This document shows, piece after piece, positions 22,560 through 35,316 of a stretch of 35,316 nt of DNA. Within the stretch, counting starts at the first letter, position 1; every line of letters starts with the position of its first letter. The notes under the pieces were generated by a model. The model was not told the origin of the DNA and searched no databases. It worked only from the letters and a program-made list of their open reading frames with translations. The stretch is taken from positions 124,001 to 159,316 of the forward strand of contig JAVECO010000028.1 in the NCBI GenBank assembly GCA_051942205.1. The letters run 5' to 3'. This DNA is from Coniocarpon cinnabarinum. Lineage: Eukaryota. The position numbers and the translations under genes were made by a program.

Positions 22560-22744
22560 TATAACAAGCACTAGTTGCTAGTTACAATAATGTAGGGGAA
22601 GATAGTAGTCGATTTATAAGTCTATTAATAAGAAAGGAGGCTATCTGCTATATATAGGCGCCTGCCTAGTTAGTAGGTGCTATATATTACTAAGTAGGCG
22701 CTATATACCTAATACCTAAAGCTATATACCTAGTATCTCTAATA
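22560..22744 (-). repeat. Probable 3' LTR of element A (~185 bp)
   Basis: Ends TATAAC.../...CTAATA fit RIPed TG...CA termini. Purine tract AAAGAGGTAAGTAAT abuts it on the minus strand. The partner LTR is not in the window. Confidence 0.6.
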
Positions 22745-25700
22745 ATTACTTACCTCTTTAGAAAAAGAGTAATATTCTTATTATCTAGTTAATAAAAAAT
22801 TAGGCTAGTATCTACTCTATATATAAAGAAATATTAATTTAAACTATACAAGTTAATTATATATATATTATTAGTTATTAATTACTCTAGTTACTATACT
22901 TTATTTTATTATATTCTTATCTTATATATTATCTAGTTACCTTTTTTCTACTAGGTATAGTTTAATGTTTTTATAGTTAGTTTTCTTTTTAATTTTCGCT
23001 TACTCTAATTTTAAACCTAGCACTTTTTATTTTTTACTATTTTACTTAGTTTTCTTTTTAAAAAAGCTTTTAATTTTATTACTAGTAGCTAGCTAATTTA
23101 TACTAATATCTAGTACTTCTAAGGCTTACTTAGTCTCTTTTATAAGGCTTACTAACTTTATTAGGTATATAGTAGTTATTAAGTTATTACTTAGTTATTT
23201 ACTAGATTACTAAGTAAATAAAACTACTTTTAGTTTTTTTAGAATAGTAAAGATAGTTTTTATTTATAGTACCTCTTTAATTATTCTATTATAAAATTAT
23301 TATTTTTTAGTCTTAGATACTAGTATAAATTAGTTAGTATTTAGATTTAGTATAATTATATTATAGATAAAGCTACTAGTAGTTATATTAATATCTCTTA
23401 GATTAGAGCTTAGCTTTTTTACTTTAATAGATATTATAAATATAGTACTTTATAGAAGAGAGTTAAAGGTATTAAAAAATATATTATTTTTATTCTTCTT
23501 TTTTTATATTTATTTAGTTACTAGCTAGAAGGGTAGTATACTAGTTATATATAATTTAAAGGTTATTAGTTTATTTAGAGTATATATAGTAGTTTTTAGT
23601 AGTAGTAAAAAAAATAGGTAGTATTTATATATTATAGTATATATTAGATTATACTAAAATCTAGTTAAAAGTATCTTAGAGTTATATATTAGTTTATATT
23701 TAGAGCGTATAGTTAGTTAATAAAAGTAAAGGTATATATAATAGTTTAGTTATAAGATATATACTATAGTATATTTAGTAACCTTAAGATAGATAGTTAA
23801 GACTTATACTTAATTAATAGTAGTACTTTTTATATAGTTACTATAAGGTCTTATTTTTATAAAGAATAGGTTATTTTTTATAAAAGTTCTATATTAGTAA
23901 GAAGATTATCTATTACTTAGTTATTTAGTATATTTATTAAGCTAAAGTTAAAGTTATACTTATTAATTATTTACTCTATATTACTATATATATATATATT
24001 AATAATATATAGTATATTTTATATTATATTTATTAATATAGTAGTTTTTTACTTATAGATATAGCTAAGCTCTACTTAAAGCAACTTATAAAGTTACTTA
24101 ATCTAATCTATATTACTATCTACTACTACTTACTAAATAGCTTACTAGGTATATATAGCTTACTAGGTATATATAGCTATATAATAGTACTATAAATTAA
24201 AGTTATATAATTTATCTATATCTATAATAGTTAGTATATAGTTAGAACTATATAGTATTTTAGTAGCTTATCTATAGAGACTTTTACTTTATAGGTTAAA
24301 AATTATTATTAATTTATTCTTTTTTTTAAATATAGTTATTATGTTATTAATAAGGCGCTTAGTAGGTTCTAAATAATTATCTTTTAAGTCTTTTTATATC
24401 TTAATTACTTACTATCTTAAATTATTTATATATATTCTTTTAGCCTTTACTTACTTTTTTTTATAGTTAGTAATATTTTAGGTATATATAATACTTCTAT
24501 CTATTACTTTTACCTTAGCCTTATAAATATCTACTTAATACTATATAGCCTTTATATCTTAAAGGTTACCTTATTTAGACTATTAGCTAGTAGCTAATAT
24601 AGTTTTAAACTCTAATTACTTACTAACTACTATAGTAAATTAAGCTATAAGCTCTACTAAGTTATAAATATAATTAGTATATATAGCATTAGTAATAAAG
24701 TTAAATTAGTAACTAAGGCTTTCTATTTTTACTTTTTTAGTTAGTTTAACTTCTAGTTATATAAGTACTTTAAATTTAGTAGCCTCTATAATATATAGGT
24801 ATATAAAATCTATAATATTTATATTTAGAGAAAATTGCTTAGTTACTAAAATATTTATAGTTAGTATAAGTTATAATATATATAGTAAAGGTTCTATAGT
24901 AGTAGTTATTATCTTCTAAGCTACTAATTTTATTATTAGTAAAAATATTATCTATTATAGCTATAGGTCTTATTAGTTATAGTTCTTAAGAGCTTATTTA
25001 ATTAGGCTATTTACTTTTTTAAGATTTTTATTTATATTAGAGTAGTTAGTAGTAATATTTTTAAACTATACTATAGTCTAGTTACTCTTATTAGTTACTA
25101 TATATATTTACTAAAAAAGTAGTACTATATTTAGTTCTACTTTAGTTTAAAGGTAGTTAAAAACCTTAAATAGTATTAATCTTACTAGTAGTTTTTAGTT
25201 AATAATATCTATTATATATTTTAAGGCTAGTTACTAGTTAATCTCTATAACCTCTAAATCTTTATGTTAGTTCTATAAGAGTAGTTCTTTTATTTAGGCC
25301 TACTTTAACTTTTTCTTTTTCTTTAGTTTTTATTTATATATTATTAGCTACTACTTCTTTTATAGCTTTTCTTTTTTTACTTATTTAGTAAAAAAGGCTA
25401 CTAAAGTAGGTAGTACTATAAAAATTAATTATAAAAATATTAGAGATAGTAGTTAGTTGCTAGAGTTAAAGATAGATACTAACTTTAAAAAATTTTTTAT
25501 CTTTTTATTTTTACTTAACCTTAGTAGCTATAAAAAGGTTATTAAAAATAACTTAATTATAACTAGTAAGTATATATTTTTTAAGAGCTATAGGCTCTAA
25601 ATTAGTATAAAATACTTATTAGTTCTATAGTTAGTTTACTTAATAGCTTCTAAATAAAAGTATAAATAATTCTTTTAGTATATATACTTACTATATAGTA

Positions 25701-28533
25701 AGATATAGCTAGTAAAGACTAAATAGAAAAAACTATTTAGTTCTACTATAATTACTAGGTTACTACTTATATCTTAAACTTTAATTAACTAGTTAGTATT
25801 ATTAAAATTATATAAACTATAAATATTTAATAAGATAATTTTTATAAGGTTAAAGTATTAGTTAATAGTATCTACTATAATATAGTTATTATAAAAAACT
25901 ACTTAGTTATTTTAAAAAATATTAATACTTAGTAAGATTAGTAGTAAATTTTTAATAATTTTTTTTTACTTCTTTTTATAGTTAGTGGTTTTAGGCTTAG
26001 GCTTACTTTTATCTTTTATTTAGTTAAAGACTTATATAACTAGTAAAAATACCTTCTTACTATTATTAAAGATATAGTAGCTATTTACTTAGTATTCTTA
26101 TAGCTAATATACCTACTAAATACCTTAATTATCTATATTTAATAGTTAATTAGGTAAGTCTTAATTTTTTATAGTATAAAGTTATTTAACTAGAATAGCG
26201 TTTACTTAAGTATATAGTTAATTATTAGTAAGTTTATTTTTTATAAAGATAAGTAGCTTATTAGACTTTATAGTTAGTTTAAGTAGTAGTTATATCTTTA
26301 CTAATTAGTTATAGATACCTTTATTTTCTAATAGTTAATTATCTTTATTATTATCTTATTTAATCTCTACTAGTTATATTTTTTTAGTTACTTTTACTAC
26401 TTTTACTTTTAATAGTTTAGGCGCCTTTAGTTTAGCTAATAGCTTCTATACTAGATTATCTACTAAAAAAGCTTAGTCTATCTATTTAGGCTTCTTTTTT
26501 AACTTTAGCTATTTTGCCTTAGTACTAGTTAGTAAGCCTATATCTTTAGTAGTTTTTTATTTTTTTACTATACCTTTATTACTTTTAGTACTATTATTAA
26601 AGATACTAAAAAAAGTAGCTATTAGGTTCTTTAGTACCTTTTTTTTTAGTACTTATTAAAAGATACTTAATAAGTTTAGTAAAGAATTCTCTATCTATTA
26701 GCTATTAATTAAGCTTATTATATAAACTTAATTTAATTTAGTTTACTAATAAATAATTATATAGGTTAAATATTATTTTTTAGTTAATTATAAGTTAATA
26801 TTTTATAGTAGAAAAAAAAGAATATTTAAGAGTAAGTAATAGTAGTAATATACTACTTAATTTAAATTATTTATATATAAAAGATAACTTATATAAAAGA
26901 TTAGTAGGTAAAGATAAGTAAAAAGTAAGAATTTTACTTAATACTTTACTTAAGTATTTTTTATATATAAAATTAATATATTTAAAAGATACTAAATAAT
27001 TAATAGTTTAATATCTATAATATAATATATAGTCTTTCTTACTATACTATAATTACTATTATAGTAACTAGTTAGTATATATAAGCGCGCTATTCTTCTT
27101 ATTTATATACTTTAGTAGATAGCCTTATTTTTAAAAGAGTCCTTTTTTTAATTACTATAGCTTTAGTAGTATTAATAATAATTATTTATATTTTTATACC
27201 TTATCTTAGTAGCTATCTAGCTAGTCTACTAGTAGCTATTTATTCTAGTACTTTTTCTAGCCTTTTTACTTAATTTTATACTATATATAGTTCTTACTAC
27301 TAAGCTTTATAGTATACTTTCTAATAATATGCTTAATCTTATATAATTAGTTAGTATTATCTTTTTTTATCTTAATAGGCTCTAGTTACTTATTTTTATA
27401 GCTATAGAAATTATTATCTCTAGCTACTAGTTCTAGCTATATAATAAAGAAGATATTATACTTATAGCCTATAAAGAATTTTAGTATCTCTACTTAGTAG
27501 AAAAGGTAATTAATATACTTAGTAATAATAAAAGGTTTTTTATAACACTTAGATAGGTTTTTTTTACTATTAGGTATAGTATATCTATAATAAAGCTTAA
27601 TATATATTTTATTATCTAGACTAAAAATAATTAGTTAATAGATATAGTTAAAGTACTTCTTTATCTTAGTATTTATAAAAGTAATTATTTAGATAGCTTT
27701 ATTATAATAGATTATATACTTAATAGATAGGTTTAGTATATTATCTAATATTTCTATTATAGTATTAATAACTTTATAAGTATAAGTTTTATATAATATC
27801 TTAGTTAGTATACTACCTATTAATATAGCTAAGTTATTTATATAAGCTTATAGTGCTAAAAGCGCTTTAACTTATAGTATATCTAGATAGTTAGTAATAA
27901 ATAACTTTATTATAATCTTTATAGTTTAGTTAATTTATTCTAATTGCCTATCTACTAATAAATAATATATAGTTATAGTTATTAGTTATATATTAAGCTA
28001 CTTAAAAAGACTTTTTTAAATTTAGCTTAAAATTTTTAGGTCTTAATTTAAAATAATAATCTTAAATATTCTCTAATCTACTATTATCTATCTATTAAGT
28101 AAGGCTTTAGCCTACTATTCTACTAAGTAAGTTATAGTACTAAAAATAAGTCTAATTCTTTTAATAAACTTATTAGTATATATTACTAGTTAGTTATAAA
28201 ATATTCTACTTTACTATACCTCTAGTAAGGTAATAACCTAGTTAATTACTACTAAGTAATAAGGTATAGGTAGTAAATTAACTAGTATTAAGAAGCTCTA
28301 AGGTTTATAGTATACTATTTAGTAGGTCTAGTATATTAGGTAGTAGTTAATTTAATTATATAACTTATACTTTAGTTTTCTAATAAATAGTATAAGAATA
28401 ATTCTTTAGTAAGTTTGCTTAATACTATTATAAAATTAATTATAAGTTAAATTAAAAACTTCTTTTTTAATGTAGTTAGTATAATAAGTTAATATCTATT
28501 ATCTATTAAATCTAAAAAAAAAAGTAAACTATT
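22560..28533 (-). mobile_element. RIP-inactivated chromodomain Ty3/Gypsy retrotransposon A: 3' part with integrase, chromodomain, ~4.3 kb extra segment and 3' LTR
   Basis: De-RIP minus-strand reading gives integrase HD..H...HCPTCQ, ID(W)VIALP, IISDRDPK, YHPSADGQSE (~28450-27900), then KLHHGY...GPF, then chromodomain YEIERII...YKIKWKGW...W (~27345-27190). Interrupted at 28533 by element B. Confidence 0.85.
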
Positions 28534-29050
28534 TGTAACGCCCCTATAGAGGACCCTACCCTTAAGTAGCCAAGAAGGCGTAGGGCTATCCTAGGAATAA
28601 GAACCTTTACTATAGAAGAATATAATAAAGAATAATATAAAGGGACAAAGGTAGTAAGGGCTATAGAGAAGAGTAACTAGTATACTACTATAGTAAAGGT
28701 TACTTTATCTAATAGTAGTAGTACTATCTAAGAAAGTAAGGTATACTATAAACTAGTAAGTAATTAGTTTAATAGTTTATAACTTATAAGTTAAGTTAAT
28801 TCTAAATTTAAATAATATTAAGTCTAAGAGAGAGGTAGGCTTACTATTAAACTATATAGACTAAGGTATAACTAAATATATTCTACTAAGAATATATATT
28901 AGTTTTCTTAGTTATTCTAGTATAATTAAGTATACTAAGTGTACTAGAGTACTATATAATCCCTCTAGTTACCTTAGTATAATTAAGTATACTAAGTATA
29001 CTAAAGTACTATATAATCCTCTATAAGGATTAGTTGTCCTATATATTATA
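28534..29050 (-). repeat. Probable 3' LTR of element B (inner boundary uncertain, ~29050-29100), containing a 2 x 57-bp tandem repeat at 28909-29022
   Basis: Starts TGTAACG. TATTATA at 29044-29050 fits a RIPed CGTTACA. The internal duplication is directly visible. Confidence 0.55.
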
Positions 29051-30652
29051 ATATACATATATATAACTCTCTATTCTACTTAGGTATAGTATAATATTAG
29101 CCTCTCTATAGGTTATTTATCTTAAATAACTAAGATATAGTATATAAATAGTTATCTACTCTCTTCTTATCTAGTAAGTTACTATATCTTACTTAAAGAT
29201 GTCTACTAAGAATATTATATAGGCTTAAATAACTAAGCTTACTATCTTTAAGCCTTCTTATTATCTTCTTCTCTTTTTAATCTTTAAATATACTATAAAG
29301 TACTCTATTATAACTAATTATCTAATAGTAAAGGATATACCTTTCTATTTTTAATATAAGCTAAAAAATTAATTTTATATAAAAGTAATAAGTAATATTT
29401 TTTATAAGCTATATAAGTTGTCTAGTTTAAAGTATAATATTATTTTAATAAATAAGGATAATAAGTAGAATTAACTAGTCTTTAGGTTTATTTACTAATA
29501 TATTCTAGTAGATTATTTAGTAGCTTATTAGACTAAACTATTAAAGAGAGAGTAGAAAGTTAGTAAAGATTATTACTAGATATAAGAGTACTATACTTAG
29601 AAGAAGTTAAATATTTTATAGTATAAAAATAAGCTTTCTTATAAATAAAATTTATTAGATTATAAAGGTACTAATTATACTTAGTAAGATAAATTATTAG
29701 AGATTAAGAAAAATCTTGCTTATTTAGATAGTAGTAGAATCTAGGTATCTATAAGTAGCCTTAATTTTACTATTAATAGTACTACTATTAAAGACTTATA
29801 ATATATAATTAATACTAGTATAATATTTTTTAGTAATAGGTTAGATTTTTAATTAGTTTTTATATATTTTTCTTATTATTATATTCTTTCTATTTAATAA
29901 GGTATTTTTAGTTTTCTTATACTAGTTAATAGTTAAGTATAGACTTAACTTTATATTTAAGATCTTATAAGTCTTTATAGATTAATACTTGCTCTATTAT
30001 CTCTTAATTTATAGTTAGTTCTAGTAATAAGATATAAAATATAGAGTATATTTTTATAGTATTTAATAATTATAACTTATGTATTATAAATTTAAGTTTT
30101 TTTTAAAATTCTAAAGAGTTTAAGCTTTATAAAGTCTAATTTATTATTTAGTTATTTTATTTTAATTATTTTTTTATAGATAAATAGTATTTCTCTTCTT
30201 TAGATCTAGGCTCTTAGATTTATATTTATTTATATAGTAGGTTATTTTATATTATAAGTAAATATACTTAATCTATAGAGTATAGTATAAATTTTATAGT
30301 TATCTATATAAAATTTTAGCTTAAGCTACTAAATTTCTTTTAGTAATTAACCTATATATAAGTTTTAGGTTTAATCTATAGTTTATAAAAAATAGAGATT
30401 CTCTAGTTAATTATAAATAGCTAGAGTTATAGATAAATTATATAAAAGGTAAAAGTAATACCTAATTATTTTACTAATAGTTAATATATTTTTTAAGGAA
30501 TTCTTCTAGTATTTAGTTTATTTATTTAGTCTACCTATTAGTCTATAGATAAAATAAAGTATTAAGTTTCTTTTTAATCTCTATAAGTAAAGTTAGTAAT
30601 CTTTAAAAGTATAAGGTAAATAATTTATTATAATCTAAAATAATTTACTTAG

Positions 30653-30859
30653 TATTAAGATCTAGAGCTAAGATAAATAAGTTATATAACTACTATTATA
30701 TATATAACTAGCTAAAGTATATAACCCTAAGAGCTTAGTATACAATTATCTAAGATAGATTTATTATAAAGAAGCTTTTCTTTTCTCTATATAATATTCT
30801 TTATAGTTAGGCTATTCTTAGCTAGTAATAATAATAGCTTATAGGTTATAATCCTTATA
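30653..30859 (+). repeat. 5' LTR of element C
   Basis: Direct repeat of 33575-33781 with 10 differences by manual count, all transitions, no indels. Confidence 0.93.
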
Positions 30860-33574
30860 TTATATTATATTAACCCTTCTACTACTCTAAGTAAGCGTAT
30901 ACTACTTATCTTTAGTCTAGTCTAGTTTCTAGTTTAGTCTAACTCTTAGTCTAGTCTAACCTTTAGTCTAGTCTAGTCTCTAGTCTAGTTCTTAGTCTCT
31001 AGTTCTTAGAGTATCTAATAAGATAGCTTTTTATTAAGAAATACCTTTTAGTAGCTAGTAGACTACTACTTAGTTAAACAACTCTTAGAACTTTTAGTAT
31101 ATAGTTACTATAAATTTAGATTAAGTCTTTTAAATATTATAATAATCTTTAGTCTAAGCCTAGTAGCTAGTACTAGGTATCTAAAACCTAGTCTAAGCCC
31201 TATAATTACTTTAAAAACCTTAGTTCTTAAGTTTTAAGATTCTAGACCTAGAGCTATATAATATTAAACCTATAAAGCTTAAGCTTTTTATATTAAAGCT
31301 CTTAAGTAAAATTTAAGGTAATATTAAGCTTTTTCTAATAAAAACGTTTAAAGTTTAATATACTTATTTAAAGCTTTTAAACTAAGTAGTATAATAAGTT
31401 TAGACCTAGTTCTATAGCCTAAATAACTCTTAGTAGTAATTTATAGTTTAAATATTTAAGTAATTTATTATTTATCTTTAAACCTATTTTTAAGACTCTA
31501 GTACTTATAAATAAGCTAATTATAAGCTTTTAAGCTTAAAGTAAAAAAATTATTCTTTTTATAAGTTTTTAGTAAAGTTTAAAGATACCTTATAAAACTC
31601 TTTTTATACTAATTAGCTATAATATATAATACTATTTTTTAAAGATAATATTTTAAATAAGTTATAAGACTTATTTATTATATAAACCCTATTAATAGAC
31701 TATTAAAAATTTTACTATATCTATAAGAAGCAAGATATATAAATTTAAGCTTATTAAGTTATAACTTTAGTATAGGTACCTAAAAGGCTAATTAGCTCTA
31801 TTTAGGCTTTAAACTATATTTAGCCTACTTTTAGCTAGACTCTAGTTTATACTACTTTTATTTTTTTTATAAAAGCTATAGTTCTTAGTCTCTTAGCCTA
31901 ATAGTAAAAAGATAGTATTTTAAAGAGGTAATTATATAGACTTAAATAATTAAGCTTAGTAAAAGAGCCTAAATAGCTACCTTATTTAAGCTACTTAAGA
32001 TATATACCTAGTACTAGGCTATTATCTTTATTATAATTAACTAGGCTATATTATAATTAACTATCCTCTTAAGATAAACCTTTAAATTATAGTATCTTTT
32101 TTAACTACCTCTTAGATAGTATTTAACTAGGTTTTAGTCTACTATAAGTCTATCTCTAGTTTAGTCTTTCTCTTATATAAAGAGTAGCTAAAAGATTAGC
32201 TTTTATTAAAAGTTATAAGTAAAAGCCTATATTTAAGAAATTTATTTAGCTAGTCTAAACTATTAATTCTAAGTTATAAATTAATTTTTAAGTAAATAAA
32301 TATATATTTATCTTTATTATAGCTACTAGTAGACTAATTAATACTTTACTTAATATAGAAGCCTTAAAATTTACTTTTATTAATATTTTTTTTATATAAT
32401 CTTTTTAGAATATTTTATTTTATAAGCTTTTTAAAGTAATTACTATCTATAACTTTAATAAAGCTCTTTTAACTTAAATTATCTATACTACTATCTTTTA
32501 ACTTTAAATTATATACTACTAAAAGCTTTTAGCTATCTTTATTCTTCTAATTTTAAAATAGCTACTAGTCTTAGGCCTACCTTAGATTAAAAAATACTAG
32601 CTAATTACTAATTTTAGATATAAAAAAATTATCTTTAGACTCTTTTATATTAAGTAGTAGTATTATAAATTTAAAACTATTATAACTTATTATTAAAATT
32701 AAAAATACTAGCTAACTAACTTTAAGCTAATACCTAAATAACTCTAAATAGTCTTTATCTTTATCTTTATTTAGACTACTAAACTTTAAGTACCTTAGTT
32801 TTTATAATACTAGTATATATATTAAAAACTATACTTAAGTCTTTAGCTAAGTTATTATTAAGTCTCTAGTACTATTAAGTTTTTAATATTATTAAGTCTT
32901 TAGTACTATTAAGCCTTTAACCTTATCTAGTTATCTTTTTATATAATATTCTAGTTCTAAGTAGTTTATAAAATAGTTTTTATATTACTTTAAGTAAGTA
33001 TATACTACTTATTTTAGTTTAGTTCTTTATAGTGTATACTTAGTTAGTAATACTACTACTTTAGCTTAAATAACTATAAGATAGTAACCTTTATAAAGAT
33101 TTTAAAACCTAAGACCTTAAAATCTAAGATCTTAAGATCTAAGACCTTAAAATCTAAGACCTTAAGATCTAAGACTATAAAACTTTAAGGCTAAAATAAG
33201 ACCTTAAGAATAAATAAAGACTAAGGTTTTAAAAATAGATACCTATAAATTAACTAAAAAGTCTTTTTAGCTACTATTAACCTAATACTATACTAGTAGC
33301 CTTCTTAGTACTATAATATATAAAAAGATAAGAATTAAGACTAAGTCTTAGTATTCTAGTAAAAAAGAAAACCTTTAATTAATAGATAAGCCTTTAACTA
33401 ATAAATAAGTCTTTAACCTACTATTATCTTAATTAAGCTTTATATAATATTTTAGCCTTATATATTATAATAGTAACTCTTCTAAGCTTATAAAATAGCT
33501 CTTCTATTATAATATAAGATAGTTACCTTTATAAAGACTACTTTTAAGATAAAAGCTAAAAAAAGAAAAAGTAA

Positions 33575-33781
33575 TATTAGAATCTAGAGCTAAGATAAAT
33601 AAGTTATATAACTACTATTATATATATAACTAGCTAGAGTATATAACTCTAAGAGCTTAGTATATAATTATTTAAGATAAATTTATTATAAAGAAGCTTT
33701 TCTCTTCTCTATATAATATTCTTTATAGTTAGGCTATTCTTAGCTAGTAGTAATAATAGCTTATAGGTTATAATTCTTATA
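33575..33781 (+). repeat. 3' LTR of element C
   Basis: Direct repeat of 30653-30859, preceded by purine tract AAAAAAAGAAAAAGTAA and followed by TSD CTTAG. Confidence 0.93.
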
Positions 33782-35316
33782 CTTAGGTATACTATACTAA
33801 GCTATAATATACTATAAAAAGATAAATATAAATTTAGATACTATTAACTTAAAGATAGTTAAAATAAAGTAAAAGTATTTTATAAGTTTATTAGTAATAA
33901 TATAGATTAAATTATAAATAAAAAAATTACTTAGATTAACTAATTATAGTAGGTCTATAATAAAATTAGTTATAACTATTTACTAAGGTTTATCTAGTAC
34001 TAGAAGTAGCTATAGCTTACTATATACCTTATATCTATCCTATTAGAATCTTAAATAGATATTATATTTATTATAGACTTATTATATTTTATATTATAAG
34101 CTAAAGATAAAGTACTTCTAGTTTATCTTCTTAACTATTACTATAGTACCTTAATAACTTTATTTATAGTAGTTCTTTATAAAGGCTTTATATATTTAAG
34201 TTAGTATATAGATAAGTTTATAGTATTTAAAAAGTTAACTTATAAAGTTTCTATTAAGAATTCTTTTAATATACTTATATTTAGAGTTCTTTTAATATTT
34301 ATCTAAAAGTTATTTTATAATATTATATTATTTAATTTAAAAAAGAGTATTAAGGTTAATTAAGTTATTTAAAAGTATTCTATCTAGATTTTTCTTAAGT
34401 ATAGTATATAAAACTTATATTTTATTCTCTAGGTAATCTAGTTAATAGAAGAGAGTATCTACTCTTATATTATCTACTTTAAGTTAGTAAAAAATATTAA
34501 TATTAAAATTTATAAGTTTTTCTACCTATTATACTAATTATCTATTAAGTATTATACTTATTATAAAATATATAAGGTTCTAATAATTTATAAGAACTTA
34601 AATCTAATATTTTAGAATTATATAATAAATCTTTTAGTACTTAAAAGAGTTAATAATTACTAGTAGCTTCTTATTATAAATATTATAGTTAAGCTTAGGC
34701 TTAGTAAATACTTATAAATAGTATATAATAGAGTATAACTTCTTATTTTTATTTAGTTATAATAGATAAGCTCTAATTATATAGTTAGAGGTATTAGTCT
34801 TAATAGTAATTAGTTTATTATAGTTAAAGATACGTATAACTAGTTTTTTAGTAAATTATTCTTTAAGTCTATTAAAAGCTTATTATTAATTATTACTCTA
34901 TATAAAAGGTATATCTTTCTTAGTAAGCTCTATAAGAGCTTTCTCTTTTTTAGAATATTTTTTAATAAACTATTAGTAGAAATTTCTAAAGTCTAAAAAT
35001 AACTAAATATCTTTAATAGTTCTTAGTATTAGCTATTTAATAATTACTTTAATCTTATCTTTAGATATTTTTATCTTATTATCTTTAATAATAAATCTAA
35101 GAAATTTTATTTTTTTAATATAGAATTTATATTTATTAAGGTTAACCTATAATTTATATTTATTAAGTTACTATAATACCTATTTAATATACTATTAGTA
35201 TTTTTTAAGTATCTTAGAAAAGATAATAATATTATTAAGATATATAAGTATAAAGATATTAAGGTACTTATATAAAATATTATTAATATATTTCTAAAAG
35301 GTTATAGGTATATTAG

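Larger units (their letters stand above)
30653..33781 (+). mobile_element. Complete short LTR element C (3129 bp): gag plus protease only, non-autonomous, RIP-mutated
   Basis: 207-bp LTRs at 30653-30859 and 33575-33781. 5-bp TSD CTTAG at 30648-30652 and 33782-33786. PPT before the 3' LTR. De-RIP gag capsid (~31240-31620), CX2CX4HX4C knuckle (32023-32064), protease LLDTGAS.FAFID (~32346-32385) and LVLGLPW (~32563-32586). Confidence 0.9.
21610..35316. repeat. AT-rich RIP-mutated transposon block, open at the window end
   Basis: Abrupt switch to very AT-rich DNA. TpA is abundant and CpA/TpG/CpG are nearly absent. No ORF of 60 aa or more in the track. Confidence 0.95.
28534..35316 (-). mobile_element. 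RIP-inactivated chromodomain Ty3/Gypsy retrotransposon B, running off the window and split by element C
   Basis: De-RIP minus strand gives RT YLDD (35242-35231, TAT CTT AAT AAT), RNase H ETDASDYAIGACL (~34800), integrase LQPLPVP..PW...DFITDLP (~34010-33945), HGMPE|QIISDRD, HPQTDGQTER (~30550), and chromodomain EYEVESILDH...YLIKWKGY..EENTWEP.ENL..C (~29960-29820). LTR terminus TGTAACG at 28534. Confidence 0.9.

Noticed and set aside
22560..22744. Solo LTR
   Set aside because: The flanking 5-mers differ (CTAAC vs ATTAC) and a PPT-like tract abuts one side.
21610..35316. Mitochondrial insertion (NUMT) or foreign AT-rich DNA
   Set aside because: The TpA excess with CpA/TpG loss and the recoverable Gypsy motifs are explained by RIP.

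Overview
Filamentous ascomycete (Pezizomycotina-type) genomic DNA in two sharply separated compartments. Bases 1 to ~21600 are GC-balanced and genic. They hold an orphan membrane-protein ORF, a peroxisomal (PTS1 -AKL) acyl-CoA dehydrogenase, a 2-exon gluconokinase, a 2-exon cytochrome P450 divergent from a 4-exon CTF1-beta/FarB-type Zn2Cys6 transcription factor, a minisatellite patch, a ~3.4 kb multi-stop pseudogene of a membrane protein, and ERB1/BOP1. Bases ~21610 to 35316 are an extremely AT-rich, RIP-mutated block. Reversing RIP transitions by eye resolves this block into three nested LTR elements. (A) A minus-strand chromodomain Ty3/Gypsy element with an unexplained ~4.3 kb extra segment between pol and its 3' LTR. 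(B) A second minus-strand chromovirus inserted into A. (C) A complete 3129-bp plus-strand element (207-bp LTRs, CTTAG TSD) with gag and protease but no RT, RNase H or integrase, inserted into the integrase core of B. All exon boundaries and de-RIP translations were read manually and no database searches were run.
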